Shown in pieces: positions 9,054-16,981 of a stretch of 64,000 nt of DNA; the stretch's first letter is position 1, and every line of letters starts with the position of its first letter. This DNA comes from an uncultured Gammaproteobacteria bacterium. GTDB lineage: Bacteria; Pseudomonadota; Gammaproteobacteria; Steroidobacterales; Steroidobacteraceae. The translations under genes and the position numbers were made by a program. Where the stretch lies: assembly GCA_963805965.1 (NCBI GenBank), contig CAWDVQ010000011.1, positions 235,802-299,801 on the forward strand, given 5' to 3'. A model generated the notes under the pieces. It ran no database searches. It was not told where the DNA came from and worked only from the letters and a program-made list of their open reading frames with translations.

Positions 9054-9183
9054 TCCGCCCAAATTGACTATGGGAACCTGGTTGCCGTATGTGGCTGAAG
9101 TTGACCCCTGAGCCGTCGGTGAGAAATGTCTGCTATCGGGCAGCGAAACATGGAACGCCGAGTGTGCAGTAGGGGCGGCCTGC

Positions 9184-9513
9184 TCATTTAGCAAGTATGA
9201 CAATGACCAGCGCAACTATGAGGGCGCCGACAAAAACGGTCAGAAGGAAGAATTTCTGAGAAACCCTGTTCGGCGTATCTACGGCGGCGCCAAGCTTTAC
9301 GAGAATCTCGTTGGCTCTCTGAAAGTCGCCGCCATTTCGAATGTAAATGCAAACGGTAAATGACGACCCGCCCGGCAAGGGTCCACCTGTCCTATAGCAA
9401 TGAACCCTAGCCTGCGTCAGCGCGTCGATTGCAGAATCAGCGAAGTCGGAGTCATCCGTTTCGTAGGTCAGTACGCCGCTGTTACCAACGCCCGTTCGTT
9501 TGATCACCCGCAT
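9184..9513 (-). CDS. hypothetical protein with C-terminal transmembrane anchor
   Basis: 109-aa ORF in the AT-richer island core. Hydrophobic C-terminus FFLLTVFVGALIVALVIVILAK. No family recognised. Confidence 0.45.
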   Translation of the reverse strand: MRVIKRTGVGNSGVLTYETDDSDFADSAIDALTQARVHCYRTGGPLPGGSSFTVCIYIRNGGDFQRANEILVKLGAAVDTPNRVSQKFFLLTVFVGALIVALVIVILAK

Positions 9514-9962
9514 GAGTCCACGCTATCGCACTGTCCTCTTAGTCGCGACTTCCTTCATCGGCGGCGTACGATCGCGACTTCGCGGCGATCGCCCGGATTG
9601 AACCCGCGCTCGCGCTGGTTGCTACCTAACAAGCCGCGGATGCAGCGCATCCCCGAAAAAAGAAAAGCCCCCGCTTAACGGGACCATGTTCGCTTGAATT
9701 GGTAGCGGGGCTGCGCTACTGTCCCGGAATTCATTGATTCGCCAAGCGAATGGCCGAGCCACGCAACGCTGCCCGAATCCGCTCCCACAGCGCCCCCTTG
9801 AAGACTTCATCCTAATTAAGAATCAAAGAAGGATGCGCTTTTTCACTTAGTAACTGTTAATTGGTGGCAGCTAAACTCGTCGTACCGCGTGGCTAGTGGC
9901 ACAAACACAAGCATGAGCAGAAGCGAAACAAGCAGACCATTTTCAATCTCGGAGAGGCCAAA

Positions 9963-10403
9963 ATGAAACAATTCGAGCCGAACGAGCGTCACGCTCTTGA
10001 AACCGCCGCCATACAGGCCGGCTTTCGACTTGAGCCGAGCGCCTATGATTGCTTGGCAATGATTGAAAATGCAAAGCATCGAACCCCTGAAGAGCTTCTA
10101 TCGGGCGAGCCCATCATGTTTGGGCGGTTTGCAATAGGGGGTAAGCTCGAATATTGTTCGGTCTCATTTGCTGAACGTGACGGTCACGAATTGGCGCAAG
10201 CGAGGGATAAAGACGGGCGGGTAATTGCCGAATATCGAGCCCAGATAATGGTGTTGGCACGCCGTCCGGGAGCTTCCTCGCCATTTGTCGTGATTGCTTT
10301 TCGACATTGTTGGCTTAAAGTCGAACTAGTAGATGGATGTTTGTTGGCCTCCGGCGGCTGTGGGACTGCATCATGGTCCTGGTCGTCCTGCGACTATTTC
10401 TGA
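9963..10403 (+). CDS. hypothetical protein
   Basis: 146-aa ORF preceded by ggagagg 6 nt upstream of the ATG. Lies in the AT-richer island core. No family recognised. Confidence 0.5.
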   Translation: MKQFEPNERHALETAAIQAGFRLEPSAYDCLAMIENAKHRTPEELLSGEPIMFGRFAIGGKLEYCSVSFAERDGHELAQARDKDGRVIAEYRAQIMVLARRPGASSPFVVIAFRHCWLKVELVDGCLLASGGCGTASWSWSSCDYF

Positions 10404-10993
10404 CAGCTCGAAGATCCTTGCGAAGGAATCGAAGCCTGCCCTCAGCAAGTCGTGCCCAGCATAAATCGGTCCTTTGAAAGGCAACTTCCTCTCGTCGCGG
10501 CTATACCGCGAAATGCTATATAGCCGGAGAATGCACTGAGCAGAGCGTCGAGCTTGAAAAGATGCTACAGGACGGGCGTCTGTCCCCGGCAATTGCTGGT
10601 GCGGCACTTGATCGAACTGTGCAGTGCGCGAGATGCCACTCCGCCCTCGTGATTCCTCTCCCTTGCGTTGAGCATGTGCAGGCGTCCCCCAAGCATGCTG
10701 GTGACGTCATCCGGAATCAGGAAATCACCCATGATTCTCAACGTCCATTGCGATTGCAATCGTTGCCATGCTAGGGGCCGGGAGCTAAGAGCCGATATCC
10801 ATCGGTCTTAGCCTACCGTAAGTGGCCAACGGCCGCTTTCCGGCGATCATTCACAGGTCGCAACTGGCCGCAGTTGGCCGGCTGCCGCCGGATCGCTCGA
10901 GCGTTGAACACGCCCATTAAAGGTGGCGGCCAGATTTGGGAAAGTCGTGAAGCTGCCACCGCTTCGGATGATCTGGGCATCTGCATTGTTGCG

Positions 10994-11275
10994 CTATGCA
11001 GCTTTTCGTACCCTTATTTCGACGCGCAGGCCCGCCGCTGCCGCCATGCTAACGAGAGCATCCAGACCAAACAGGTCGAGTTTTCCACGAATGAGGTCGG
11101 ATACGCGCGGCTGCGTGACACCGAACAGCTTCGCGGTCTGGGCCTGGCTGAGGTCGGTGTGGGCTAGATGCGCTTTCAGAGCAATCATCAGGGCCGAGCG
11201 CAGCTTCATATTTTCAGCTTCCTCGTGCGTACCCTCGATGGCGTCCCACACGCTAACAAATCGGTTTTTGCTCAT
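10994..11275 (-). CDS. XRE-family HTH protein (antitoxin-like)
   Basis: MSKNRFVSVWDAIEGTHEEAENMKLRSALMIAL...LSQAQTAKLFGVTQPRVSDLIRGKLDLFGLDALVSM is the recurrent ~95-aa XRE antitoxin-like family. An alternative GTG at 11368 would form a GTGA overlap with the brnA stop. Confidence 0.8.
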   Translation of the reverse strand: MSKNRFVSVWDAIEGTHEEAENMKLRSALMIALKAHLAHTDLSQAQTAKLFGVTQPRVSDLIRGKLDLFGLDALVSMAAAAGLRVEIRVRKAA

Positions 11276-11364
11276 TGCCCTAGCTCCGTCGTCAAGTCGC
11301 CGTAGCGCTTCTCGGCCAGGTCCAGTTTGCAGGCGCCTTGGGATCAATACCATGGTGCCGGTTG

Positions 11365-11616
11365 TCACCGCGTCTGCGCGAGCTCTTCCCGTACGATATT
11401 TCGTACTTGGGTGGCTGTCACGGGCTGCTCGACGTTGCTGGCATGTTTCGCCAACGCATCGTTGATGAGCGTCTGGTACCCCTTGCCGGTGCGCTCAGAT
11501 TCAGCTTTGAACTTTTCCAGTATCACGTCATCCAGATAGATCGTGATCCTGGTCTTGCCGGTCGTCGGTAGCACTGCACCCCGCTTACCGCGGGAAAAGT
11601 CATATTCCCTCTTCAT
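11365..11616 (-). CDS. brnA: BrnA-type antitoxin (CopG/RHH-like)
   Basis: MKREYDFSRGKRGAV....KTRITIYLDDDVILEKFKAESERTGKGYQTLINDAL-type sequence (here ITIYLDDVILEKFKAESERTGKGYQTLINDAL). Overlaps the upstream brnT by 17 nt. Confidence 0.85.
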   Translation of the reverse strand: MKREYDFSRGKRGAVLPTTGKTRITIYLDDVILEKFKAESERTGKGYQTLINDALAKHASNVEQPVTATQVRNIVREELAQTR

Positions 11617-11872
11617 AGGCTCTTCGCTCCTTCGGCTCCGCTTTCCGAGCAGAAATCAACCGCACATCGTCGTCTCGCTCAGCCCAGACGACCACCATGA
11701 GTGTTCCCACAGAATTCAAACCGACCGTAACGTATCGTACCTCTCCATCCGTCGAATCATCTTCGACCGTCAATGCGAGGGGATCGAGAAGCACGCCGTC
11801 TGCCTCCGACAGCGAGACGCCGTGCTTGGCGATGTTGGCCTCGTTCTTCTTCGGGTCGAACTCAGGGCTCAC
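11600..11872 (-). CDS. brnT: BrnT-type toxin (DUF497 ribonuclease family)
   Basis: FDPKKNEANIAKHGVSLSEA...EDDSTDGEVRYVTVGL...LMVVVWAERDDDVRLISARKAEPKERRAYE is typical BrnT. Confidence 0.85.
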   Translation of the reverse strand: MSPEFDPKKNEANIAKHGVSLSEADGVLLDPLALTVEDDSTDGEVRYVTVGLNSVGTLMVVVWAERDDDVRLISARKAEPKERRAYEEGI

Positions 11873-11935
11873 ATTGCTATTATATGTATATTGTGCATAT
11901 CACGCAAGGGGGCCCGAGGGCTTCCCCTACACCGT

Positions 11936-12124
11936 TCACTGGCGCGGGCTTGCTGCACCAGTAATTGATCGCTGTACGTACCTCAATTGGCCCTGCGCCC
12001 CGCAATCATCTTCAAAAAAGCGCATGCACCCGTTCAGTCGCTGCGCGCGGATTATTGCGAGCGAGTCATAAATGGCGTCGAAGTCGGCAGGCGCTGCGCG
12101 AAAGGGCTCGATCCGACGCGGCAT
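11936..12124 (-). pseudogene. ParE/RelE-like toxin, apparently truncated or degenerate
   Basis: 62-aa ORF coupled to parD by a TAATG overlap at 12122-12126. The N-terminus AAPADFDAIYDSLA resembles the ParE ADLDDIWDYIA motif, but the ORF is about one third too short and the rest is unrecognisable. Confidence 0.4.
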
Positions 12125-12390
12125 TAGCTCCGCGCCCGGGCGCGAGCGGCCAATCGACGGCGACCTCGCCGGATAACCAGGTTGATATCTAGTTTACCGG
12201 CCGGTGCGGAGTCGAGGCCCTTCTGGATCTCCGACCGCAACCTGGCAAGCTGTTCGCTGCGACGCTTCTGATGCAGGACCGCAGCGACGATGGCGGCTTC
12301 GCGGCTGCGATACGCGCCGTTGCGCACCTGCGAGGCCACGAATTCTTCCAGAGCGGCTGGAAGTTTTAGCGGGGTGATGGGCATTGCCAT
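12124..12390 (-). CDS. parD: ParD-family antitoxin
   Basis: LPAALEEFVASQVRNGAYRSREAAIVAAVLHQKRRSEQLARLRSEIQKGLDS is the ParD (CC2985-type) RHH antitoxin pattern. Confidence 0.8.
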   Translation of the reverse strand: MAMPITPLKLPAALEEFVASQVRNGAYRSREAAIVAAVLHQKRRSEQLARLRSEIQKGLDSAPAGKLDINLVIRRGRRRLAARARARS

Positions 12391-12550
12391 TCCAGCTTAG
12401 ATTACGAGCCTCAGCGATCAAACCGGAAGATCGACACCGTAGCGAAAACGTAGCGTTTGATGCCGTTTCATGCGCTACGGTGCCTGTTTCGAGAGAGGGC
12501 GGGCCTGCTAACTAGTTGAAAACTAAGAACCTGTAAAATCATCTTTGCGA

Positions 12551-12601
12551 CTTCGAACCTGAGGGTCGGGAGTTCGAATCTCTCCGGGCGCGCGAATCGA
12601 T
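12551..12601 (+). repeat. attR-type direct repeat (displaced tRNA-Arg 3' fragment)
   Basis: Same-orientation copy of 6522-6572, 50 of 51 nt identical. No 5' half of a tRNA precedes it. Confidence 0.9.
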
Positions 12602-12659
12602 TACATGCCTCGGGGTGCGGTACAACTGCGGCTGCGCTGACAGCCTTGAAAGGAACGTT

Positions 12660-13265
12660 ATGAGGGCCGCGGTCGATGGCGTCGGGAAGCCGGTCTTTCT
12701 GTCTTCCGAGCGGATGATCTGTCTCAGCGACACCATATTCGGGGTGGCGATGACCTTGCAGGCGTCGACGTTGCTGCTGTCGATCCAGGGCCTGAAGGGA
12801 GGCGTCACGGGCATCATCCAGGATATACGCGGCCAAGTCATCGCCGTGGCGCTGAGCTTTGCCATTTCGGGCAGCTACTGGATCGTGCAGCAGCGGCGCC
12901 TGGGGATGATCAGAGCCGTAACGCCGCTGCAGACGCTGCTGCATTTCCTGTTCCTGTTTTTGTTTGTCTTGTTACCTTTTTCCACTGGCCTATGGGGCCA
13001 GTACGGCGAAACCCGTCCGGTGGTGGTGATCTATGGCAGCCACCTGCTGCTGATCGCGCTCGTCAATCTGCTGCTGTGGATTGATATGCATCGGACCGTC
13101 GCAGCCCATGCCCAGATCGTGCGCTCATCGCTGGCCGCCGCACTGTTCGTGCTGGCGCTGCTGCTGGGCTCGATCAGGCCGGTCGTCGCCCCCTATCTCT
13201 GGTTAGCGGTATTCGCCACCTCTTTCATCGGTCCGAAGCTGGCGCGGCGTTTCTATGGCGCCTGA
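12660..13265 (+). CDS. TMEM175/DUF1211-family membrane protein (putative K+ channel)
   Basis: SERMICLSDTIFGVAMTLQASTLLL matches the RxxxFSDGVFAIAITL first-helix motif. About 6 hydrophobic segments. ATG at 12660 preceded by aaagga. Confidence 0.65.
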   Translation: MRAAVDGVGKPVFLSSERMICLSDTIFGVAMTLQASTLLLSIQGLKGGVTGIIQDIRGQVIAVALSFAISGSYWIVQQRRLGMIRAVTPLQTLLHFLFLFLFVLLPFSTGLWGQYGETRPVVVIYGSHLLLIALVNLLLWIDMHRTVAAHAQIVRSSLAAALFVLALLLGSIRPVVAPYLWLAVFATSFIGPKLARRFYGA

Positions 13266-14433
13266 CCGGCGCGCAATGCTGTTCGGCGGGGCCGCCGCGC
13301 TTTTCCTTGGGGGCCTGGCATTTCGCGCCTGGGATCGTGGTGTCTGGTCGGCCGGAGCCGGAGTGGCCTATGCCCCCTGGTCCGATTTCGAAAGCAGCGG
13401 CGTCGATCGCGGCACGCTGCCGCTGCGCGCCGCGATCCTGGCGGCCAATCCGCACGACACCCAGCCCTGGCTGTTTCAGGTGAAGGACAACTCGATCACG
13501 GCGTTTGCCGACCGGACGCGCCATCTGGGATCCTTCGATCCGTTCCGGCGGGAAATGCATCTGGGCCTGGGCGCGGCTGTGGAAAACCTGGCGCTGGCGG
13601 CGCAGGCTCTCGGGTTTTCCGCAAGCATAATGCCGGTGGAGGGCCGACTTACGCTGTCGCCGGACGACGTACCCATGGCGGTGGCGCGGATAGTGTTGCG
13701 GCCGGCGCCGGCCGCGCATGGTGTGCTGTTTACTGCCATCCCACGGCGCCATACCAATCGTGGACCCTATCGCCCGGACCAGCCTGTGGCTGCCGAAACG
13801 CTGCATCGTCTTGCCGGTCTGGTGACCGACGAGAGCGTGCGTGTCATCTTCGTCACCGACAAGATAGCGCGTAACGATTTGGGTGCGCTGATCATCGCAG
13901 CCACCGCTCGCATTGTCGGCGACCCGCAAATGTCGGCCGACAGTGCCCGCTGGTTCCGTACCGGCCGGCGCGACATCGCCGCGCACAGGGACGGTGTCAC
14001 TGTCGATACGTCCGGAGCGTCACCATCAATGGCAGCAATGGCAAAAATGCTTCCCGACCTCGATGCCAGGACGGCGGACCAATATTGGCTCGCCAGCACG
14101 CGCGATACCGCAGTGCCGACTGCGGCGGTGCTCGGCATTCTGCTGGTGCGCGACCGGCTGGACATGAGCGCGGCAATTGCAGCCGGGCGCACCTGGCAAA
14201 GACTGCATCTGGCCCTGACCGAGGCAGGCCTGGCCGCGCAACCGCTCAATCAGCCGGTCGAATGCGTCGACCGCAGTGCCATGCGCGGCGATGCAGATGA
14301 TATGGCTCCGGCGATCAACAAGTTCACCGCCATGCCGGGCTGGGAGCCCACCTTCATGTTCCGGCTAGGCGTGGCCGACAGCGCGGCGGGCCCTAGCCCG
14401 AGGCGGCCGCTGGCTGCAGTCTTGATGGCATGA
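13255..14433 (+). CDS. Acg-like nitroreductase-fold FMN oxidoreductase with twin-arginine signal
   Basis: N-terminus MAPDRRAMLFGGAAALFLGGLAF (DRRxMLF Tat motif). Also AANPHDTQPW.F, RHLG.FDP.RREMH.GLGAA.ENL and RRHTNRGPY, typical of Acg-family proteins. Overlaps the upstream gene by 11 nt. Confidence 0.65.
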   Translation: MAPDRRAMLFGGAAALFLGGLAFRAWDRGVWSAGAGVAYAPWSDFESSGVDRGTLPLRAAILAANPHDTQPWLFQVKDNSITAFADRTRHLGSFDPFRREMHLGLGAAVENLALAAQALGFSASIMPVEGRLTLSPDDVPMAVARIVLRPAPAAHGVLFTAIPRRHTNRGPYRPDQPVAAETLHRLAGLVTDESVRVIFVTDKIARNDLGALIIAATARIVGDPQMSADSARWFRTGRRDIAAHRDGVTVDTSGASPSMAAMAKMLPDLDARTADQYWLASTRDTAVPTAAVLGILLVRDRLDMSAAIAAGRTWQRLHLALTEAGLAAQPLNQPVECVDRSAMRGDADDMAPAINKFTAMPGWEPTFMFRLGVADSAAGPSPRRPLAAVLMA

Positions 14434-14500
14434 CGCCTGCAAATACCCCCGGATTCCAATATATTATTGCAGCGGACCCACCGGCGAGGGACAGACGGCG

Positions 14501-14923
14501 ATGCGTCACATCTGGGTGTTTGCATTCGCAGCACTGGCGTTGCCAGCCATGCGGCTTGAGGCGCAGCCGCCCGCACCGGTCGACGGACCGGCCGGGTACG
14601 AAGTGGCCTGTTCGCTGCATCCCTCGTCGGCATACCACTCCTGCAGCGATCTTCCTTCGGCGCAGTCCTGCGCGTCCGAACCCAACTTCGCATCGCGGCC
14701 TTCGAAGCAACACACCGGCATCACCTTCGTCAACCGCAGCGACGAGCCGGTCAAGATCTACTGGCTGAGCTTTCAGGGCGCGCGCAAACTCTATCAATAC
14801 CTGCCGCCCGGCGGGCGGCACACGCAACCGACATTCATTGGTCATTACTGGCTGGTGGCATCGTTGACCGAGCAGTGCATCGGCATTTTCAAAGGCGCTC
14901 CGCAATCGATCGCATTTTTCTAG
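14501..14923 (+). CDS. secreted VHL beta-domain-like protein
   Basis: Signal peptide MRHIWVFAFAALALPAMRLEA. The segment TFVNRSDEPVKIYWLSFQGARKLYQYLPPGGRHTQPTFIGHYWLV aligns without gaps to human pVHL 75-119 ([45 protein letters not shown]). Confidence 0.75.
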   Translation: MRHIWVFAFAALALPAMRLEAQPPAPVDGPAGYEVACSLHPSSAYHSCSDLPSAQSCASEPNFASRPSKQHTGITFVNRSDEPVKIYWLSFQGARKLYQYLPPGGRHTQPTFIGHYWLVASLTEQCIGIFKGAPQSIAFF

Positions 14924-14962
14924 CGCACCTGGTCGCGCGCGGCGCTGCGGAGGGGGTACGCG

Positions 14963-15388
14963 ATGCTCAGTTACGTCTACTACGGCACCAACGATCTCGA
15001 GCGCGCCATTCGGTTCTACGATGCGGCGTTGGCAGAGCTCGAGATGCAGCGTTGCATCACCGGTGACCCGGATTGGGATCGCACCTCGGCTGGCTGGGGC
15101 ATGTACCAGGATGGCGGTGCGCGCGAGCTCGCGTTCTGGATCGGCAAACCGTTCAATCAGCAGCCGGCGACGACCGGCAACGGCAGCATGATTGCGTTCC
15201 GGGCGCAACGGCGCCAGCAGGTCAACCAGTTTCACGCGGCCGCCCTCGCCAATGGTGGCAGCTGCGACGGCCCGCCCGGCGTGCGGTTGCATTACAGCCC
15301 GGATTTCTATGCGGCCTATGTGCGCGATCCGGATGGCAACAAACTCGCTGCCGTCTGCCGTGGGCATGCATCCGACACACGCGCGTGA
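14963..15388 (+). CDS. VOC (glyoxalase/bleomycin-resistance/dioxygenase) family protein
   Basis: MLSYVYYGTNDLERAIRFYDAAL...NGSMIAF.A...VNQFHAAALANGG...YAAYVRDPDGNKL is the VOC fold pattern. Confidence 0.8.
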   Translation: MLSYVYYGTNDLERAIRFYDAALAELEMQRCITGDPDWDRTSAGWGMYQDGGARELAFWIGKPFNQQPATTGNGSMIAFRAQRRQQVNQFHAAALANGGSCDGPPGVRLHYSPDFYAAYVRDPDGNKLAAVCRGHASDTRA

Positions 15389-16080
15389 GCAGCCGCGACC
15401 TGCTCGACAACATCATCTGGAACTCGCTTACCGGGGCACATGCAAAATTCGCTGCCGGCACCGGCGACGCGCGCCGCTATGCGAAAGGTTTCTCCCCGAT
15501 CGTCGGCTTCAGAGATCCGCAGCGACCTGATCTTGCGGCACTGGTTCCGTTCTGCGATCCGGGCGAACATTTCTATTGCGATATCTGGTCCGGTCCCGCT
15601 CCCGGCGGCTGGCAGATCGACCATGAGGCCAGGATGCTCAAGATGGTGTGGGAAGCTGCCATGCCCGCGAATGACGAAGCGCCGGATGCAATTGCATTGC
15701 GCGCACGGCACGCCGCGCAGGCCCTCGAGCTGGCGACGCTGACCAATCCCGGGCCCTTCGGGCTTCGCACCGTCGAGCTGGGCGAGTACTTCGGATACTT
15801 CGAGGATTCGCGTCTCATCGCCATGGCCGGTGAGCGCATGGCCGCCGGTGCGCTGCATGAAGTCAGCGGTATCTGCACCCATCCGCAGTTTCGCGGGCGG
15901 GGTCTGGCGCGTCGACTCACCAGTAAGCTGGTGCAGCGGCAGATGCGGCGCGGCGAGACCCCGTTTCTGCACGTGATGAGCGCCAACGCCGGCGCGCGGG
16001 CGCTGTACGAGAACATGGGATTCCGGACCTACCGCGAAACCGTGGTACGCGTCATATCGCGGCGTGCGGCCGCGATATAA
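15385..16080 (+). CDS. GNAT-family N-acetyltransferase
   Basis: C-terminal acetyl-CoA motif ICTHPQFRGRGLARRLTSKLV...FLHVMSANAGARALYENMGF. GTG start forms a GTGA overlap with the VOC stop. The 335-aa track ORF was trimmed. Confidence 0.75.
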   Translation: MSSRDLLDNIIWNSLTGAHAKFAAGTGDARRYAKGFSPIVGFRDPQRPDLAALVPFCDPGEHFYCDIWSGPAPGGWQIDHEARMLKMVWEAAMPANDEAPDAIALRARHAAQALELATLTNPGPFGLRTVELGEYFGYFEDSRLIAMAGERMAAGALHEVSGICTHPQFRGRGLARRLTSKLVQRQMRRGETPFLHVMSANAGARALYENMGFRTYRETVVRVISRRAAAI

Positions 16081-16108
16081 CCCGCGCACCGCACTTGCCA
16101 GGCCGGCT

Positions 16109-16882
16109 CTAGGGCTGTTTCACCATGGTGTAACTCGCCGTGGTAGCGCGTACTGCGCTTGTATCGACCACTGACAGGCTCTTGCCATCGGCCGACACGG
16201 TGGAACGTATGACATCGGTCACCTTGCCGCCGCGCCGATCGGTCTCTTCAATCGTGTGGGCGTCGATGCGCTTCAGCGACACCATGGTATTGCCGGGATC
16301 GTTCTTGGTCGGATATTCCTTGCCATCGAATTTGGCATCATAGCTCTGGCCGTTCCACTGCATCTGCAGGCCGTCGGCAGTGGATTGATACTTTACGGTC
16401 ATCAGCGTATCCGAGCCGTCGCTGAATGCGGCTGGGCGCCAGGTACCTGACACCGCATGCGAACCGGGCGCTCCCGCCGTGAGTCGGCTGGAGGTCGAGG
16501 TGCCACTCGCCGCTTGTGCGCCGCTGTGATCCACGAATTTTTCGGTGAGCGTCTTGCCGTCGGCAGATACGGTCAAGGCGTCAGTAACGATGGTCTTGCC
16601 GCCCTTCTTGAGCGTGGTCTCGATGGAATGGTCGTTGACGACCCGAACCGCAACGCTATCGTAATAATCGTGGCCGGTGACGCTCTGATCGGTGCCATCG
16701 GCCTTTACACTGACCGGTGGCACGCAGCTGTTGCATTGATACATGCCGTTGCTGAGTTGGTACGAATCGGGTTTGCCCGACTGTTGATAGGTGTCGGCCT
16801 TGGTTTTCCAGGTGCCATCGATGGAGCTGGCGGAGAAGGCGACAGCCGGCGCCATCCATAGCAGCATGAGGAGCTTGTTCAT
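16109..16882 (-). CDS. secreted protein of unknown function with internal tandem domain duplication
   Basis: Signal peptide MNKLLMLLWMAPAVAFSA. Two homologous halves: DGTWKTK...HSIETTLKKGGKTIVTDALTVSADGKTL and SGTWRPA...HTIEETDRRGGKVTDVIRSTVSADGKSL. Confidence 0.7.
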   Translation of the reverse strand: MNKLLMLLWMAPAVAFSASSIDGTWKTKADTYQQSGKPDSYQLSNGMYQCNSCVPPVSVKADGTDQSVTGHDYYDSVAVRVVNDHSIETTLKKGGKTIVTDALTVSADGKTLTEKFVDHSGAQAASGTSTSSRLTAGAPGSHAVSGTWRPAAFSDGSDTLMTVKYQSTADGLQMQWNGQSYDAKFDGKEYPTKNDPGNTMVSLKRIDAHTIEETDRRGGKVTDVIRSTVSADGKSLSVVDTSAVRATTASYTMVKQP

Positions 16883-16918
16883 CGTGAATCTCCCGGTGGG
16901 TATTGACTTCGACGCACT

Positions 16919-16945
16919 GCAGGCCGGGCTTGCTGCCCGGCCTGC
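16919..16945. terminator. GC-rich hairpin downstream of 16982-17428 (terminator candidate)
   Basis: gcaggccgggc-ttgct-gcccggcctgc has a perfect 11-bp stem. No clear U-tract. Confidence 0.35.
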
Positions 16946-16981
16946 CTGAATCGCAAATCAGCGTCTGGCCATTGGTTGAGG

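Larger units (their letters stand above)
6522..12601. mobile_element. ~6 kb integrative genomic island inserted in the 3' end of tRNA-Arg
   Basis: A 51-nt direct repeat (one mismatch) lies at 6522-6572 and 12551-12601. The left copy is the 3' part of the tRNA. A tyrosine integrase lies immediately next to the tRNA. The interior is visibly AT-richer (about 9.1-12.1 kb) and carries mobility and TA genes. Confidence 0.85.

Noticed and set aside
9661-9715. Possible small RNA or terminator: gcccccgct ... agcggggc stem with a ~28-nt loop in the island.
   Set aside because: The loop is too large and there is no U-tract or conserved structure. This is not enough to call an RNA feature.
10371-10759. 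Overlapping short minus-strand ORFs (10565-10759, 10516-10710, 10371-10607) that might be one frameshifted gene.
   Set aside because: No recognisable family or motif in any frame and no clear RBS. This could be a decayed gene, but I cannot support a call.
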